DNA of 64,000 nt from Macrostomum lignano (Eukaryota): positions 347,158 to 411,157 of the forward strand of contig NIVC01000380.1 in NCBI GenBank assembly GCA_002269645.1, in the 5' to 3' direction. The notes below the pieces were generated by a model that searched no databases, was not told the origin of the DNA, and saw nothing but the letters and a program-made list of their open reading frames with translations. How positions within the stretch are numbered: position 1 is the first letter of the stretch; every line of letters begins with the position of its first letter. A program made the position numbers and the translations under genes. This document shows, one piece after another, positions 63,354 through 64,000 of this stretch.

Positions 63354-63964
63354 ATGGAAACTAATAAGATTTGTACTAAGTGTAAACAAGAAAAACCGAT
63401 GACGAAAGAATTTTATTTTGGAGAAATGATTCAAAAAAATTTAGAAATGATTGTCGATCTTGTCATAATACCTCATCTGCTATTTGGATAAAAAACAATA
63501 AAGATAAATGGAATGAATATAAAAAAATAAGTATCACACTGATGATAATTACAAACATATTGTTTTAATTAGAAATAGAATAAATTGGCGTTGAAAAATT
63601 TTAATGACAAGGACTATATCTCATATCTTGGTTGCACAAAAGAATTCTTTTTTGATTGGTTAAATTTCACAAGAAATTATTATGTATCAAAAGATTATAC
63701 TGGAAAGTTAGATATTGATCATTTCATTCCCGCTTCTTCGTTTAGTTACAAAGATGAAGATCAGATGAAAAAGTCTGAAATTGGAGAAATAAAAGATACT
63801 TAACTAGCGTAGATAATAACTATAAAAAAGTTAAACAACCAACCATTGAAGAGTTTGCAAAACAATTGGTGCTATCATGTATTTTTAAGGCTATTAAAAA
63901 TGAGCAACCGACGAAGTTCGCGTTCCTTCGGAACGCATCAATAGTGTTGAAGGAGGATTGTTAG
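63354..63964 (+). CDS. HNH-like endonuclease with zinc ribbon, giant-virus type; frameshifted
   Basis: CTKC...CRSC; YLGCTKEFFFDWL; LDIDHFIPASSF; WRNKRYL...DNYKK. Confidence 0.7.
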
Positions 63965-64000
63965 ATGTTCAAAAAGGATTAACAAGCTTACACCAATCTT

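Larger units (their letters stand above)
48457..64000. mobile_element. Polinton/Maverick (adintovirus-like endogenous virus); right part extends beyond the window
   Basis: AGTAGT terminus; abrupt shift to AT-rich, intronless, tightly packed ORFs; pPolB, protease, ATPase and two capsid genes. Confidence 0.95.

Noticed and set aside
49547-64000. Retroviral-type integrase and small antisense ORFs within the Polinton
   Set aside because: No DDE integrase motif seen in the window; the antisense ORFs are shadows of real genes.

Overview
Eukaryotic (animal) genomic window dominated by transposons and minisatellites. A free-living flatworm such as Macrostomum is plausible from the GC-rich exons and minisatellite-filled introns, but that is inference only. 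Host genes: a secreted two-WSC-domain gene with two 9-nt micro-exons (19176-20777, +), a complete 4-exon SIN1/MAPKAP1 gene (30693-27111, -), and an unidentified ORF cut at 48456. Mobile elements: two hAT elements (one degenerate; one complete with TIRs and 8-bp TSD), a 5'-truncated but open LOA-like LINE (RT + RNase H, 13-bp TSD), a D,D34D mariner interrupted by an RTE-like fragment, and a 6.8-kb near-perfect palindrome built from Gypsy and LINE fragments. From 48457 to the window end lies an AT-rich Polinton/Maverick (adintovirus-like) endogenous virus. It encodes pX-like core proteins, pPolB, a phage-like lectin-tipped fibre, an adenain-like protease, penton, packaging ATPase, major capsid protein and an HNH nuclease; no integrase is visible in the window. 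The most unusual signal is a family of ~25-30-nt GC-rich double-hairpin elements scattered through this virus. Their stem sequences vary but the structure is conserved, with cGNAg/cAAAg triloops. Two are in-frame 30-nt inserts in pPolB, one interrupts the ATPase, and others sit at gene ends. All family assignments come from motif recognition, not database searches.
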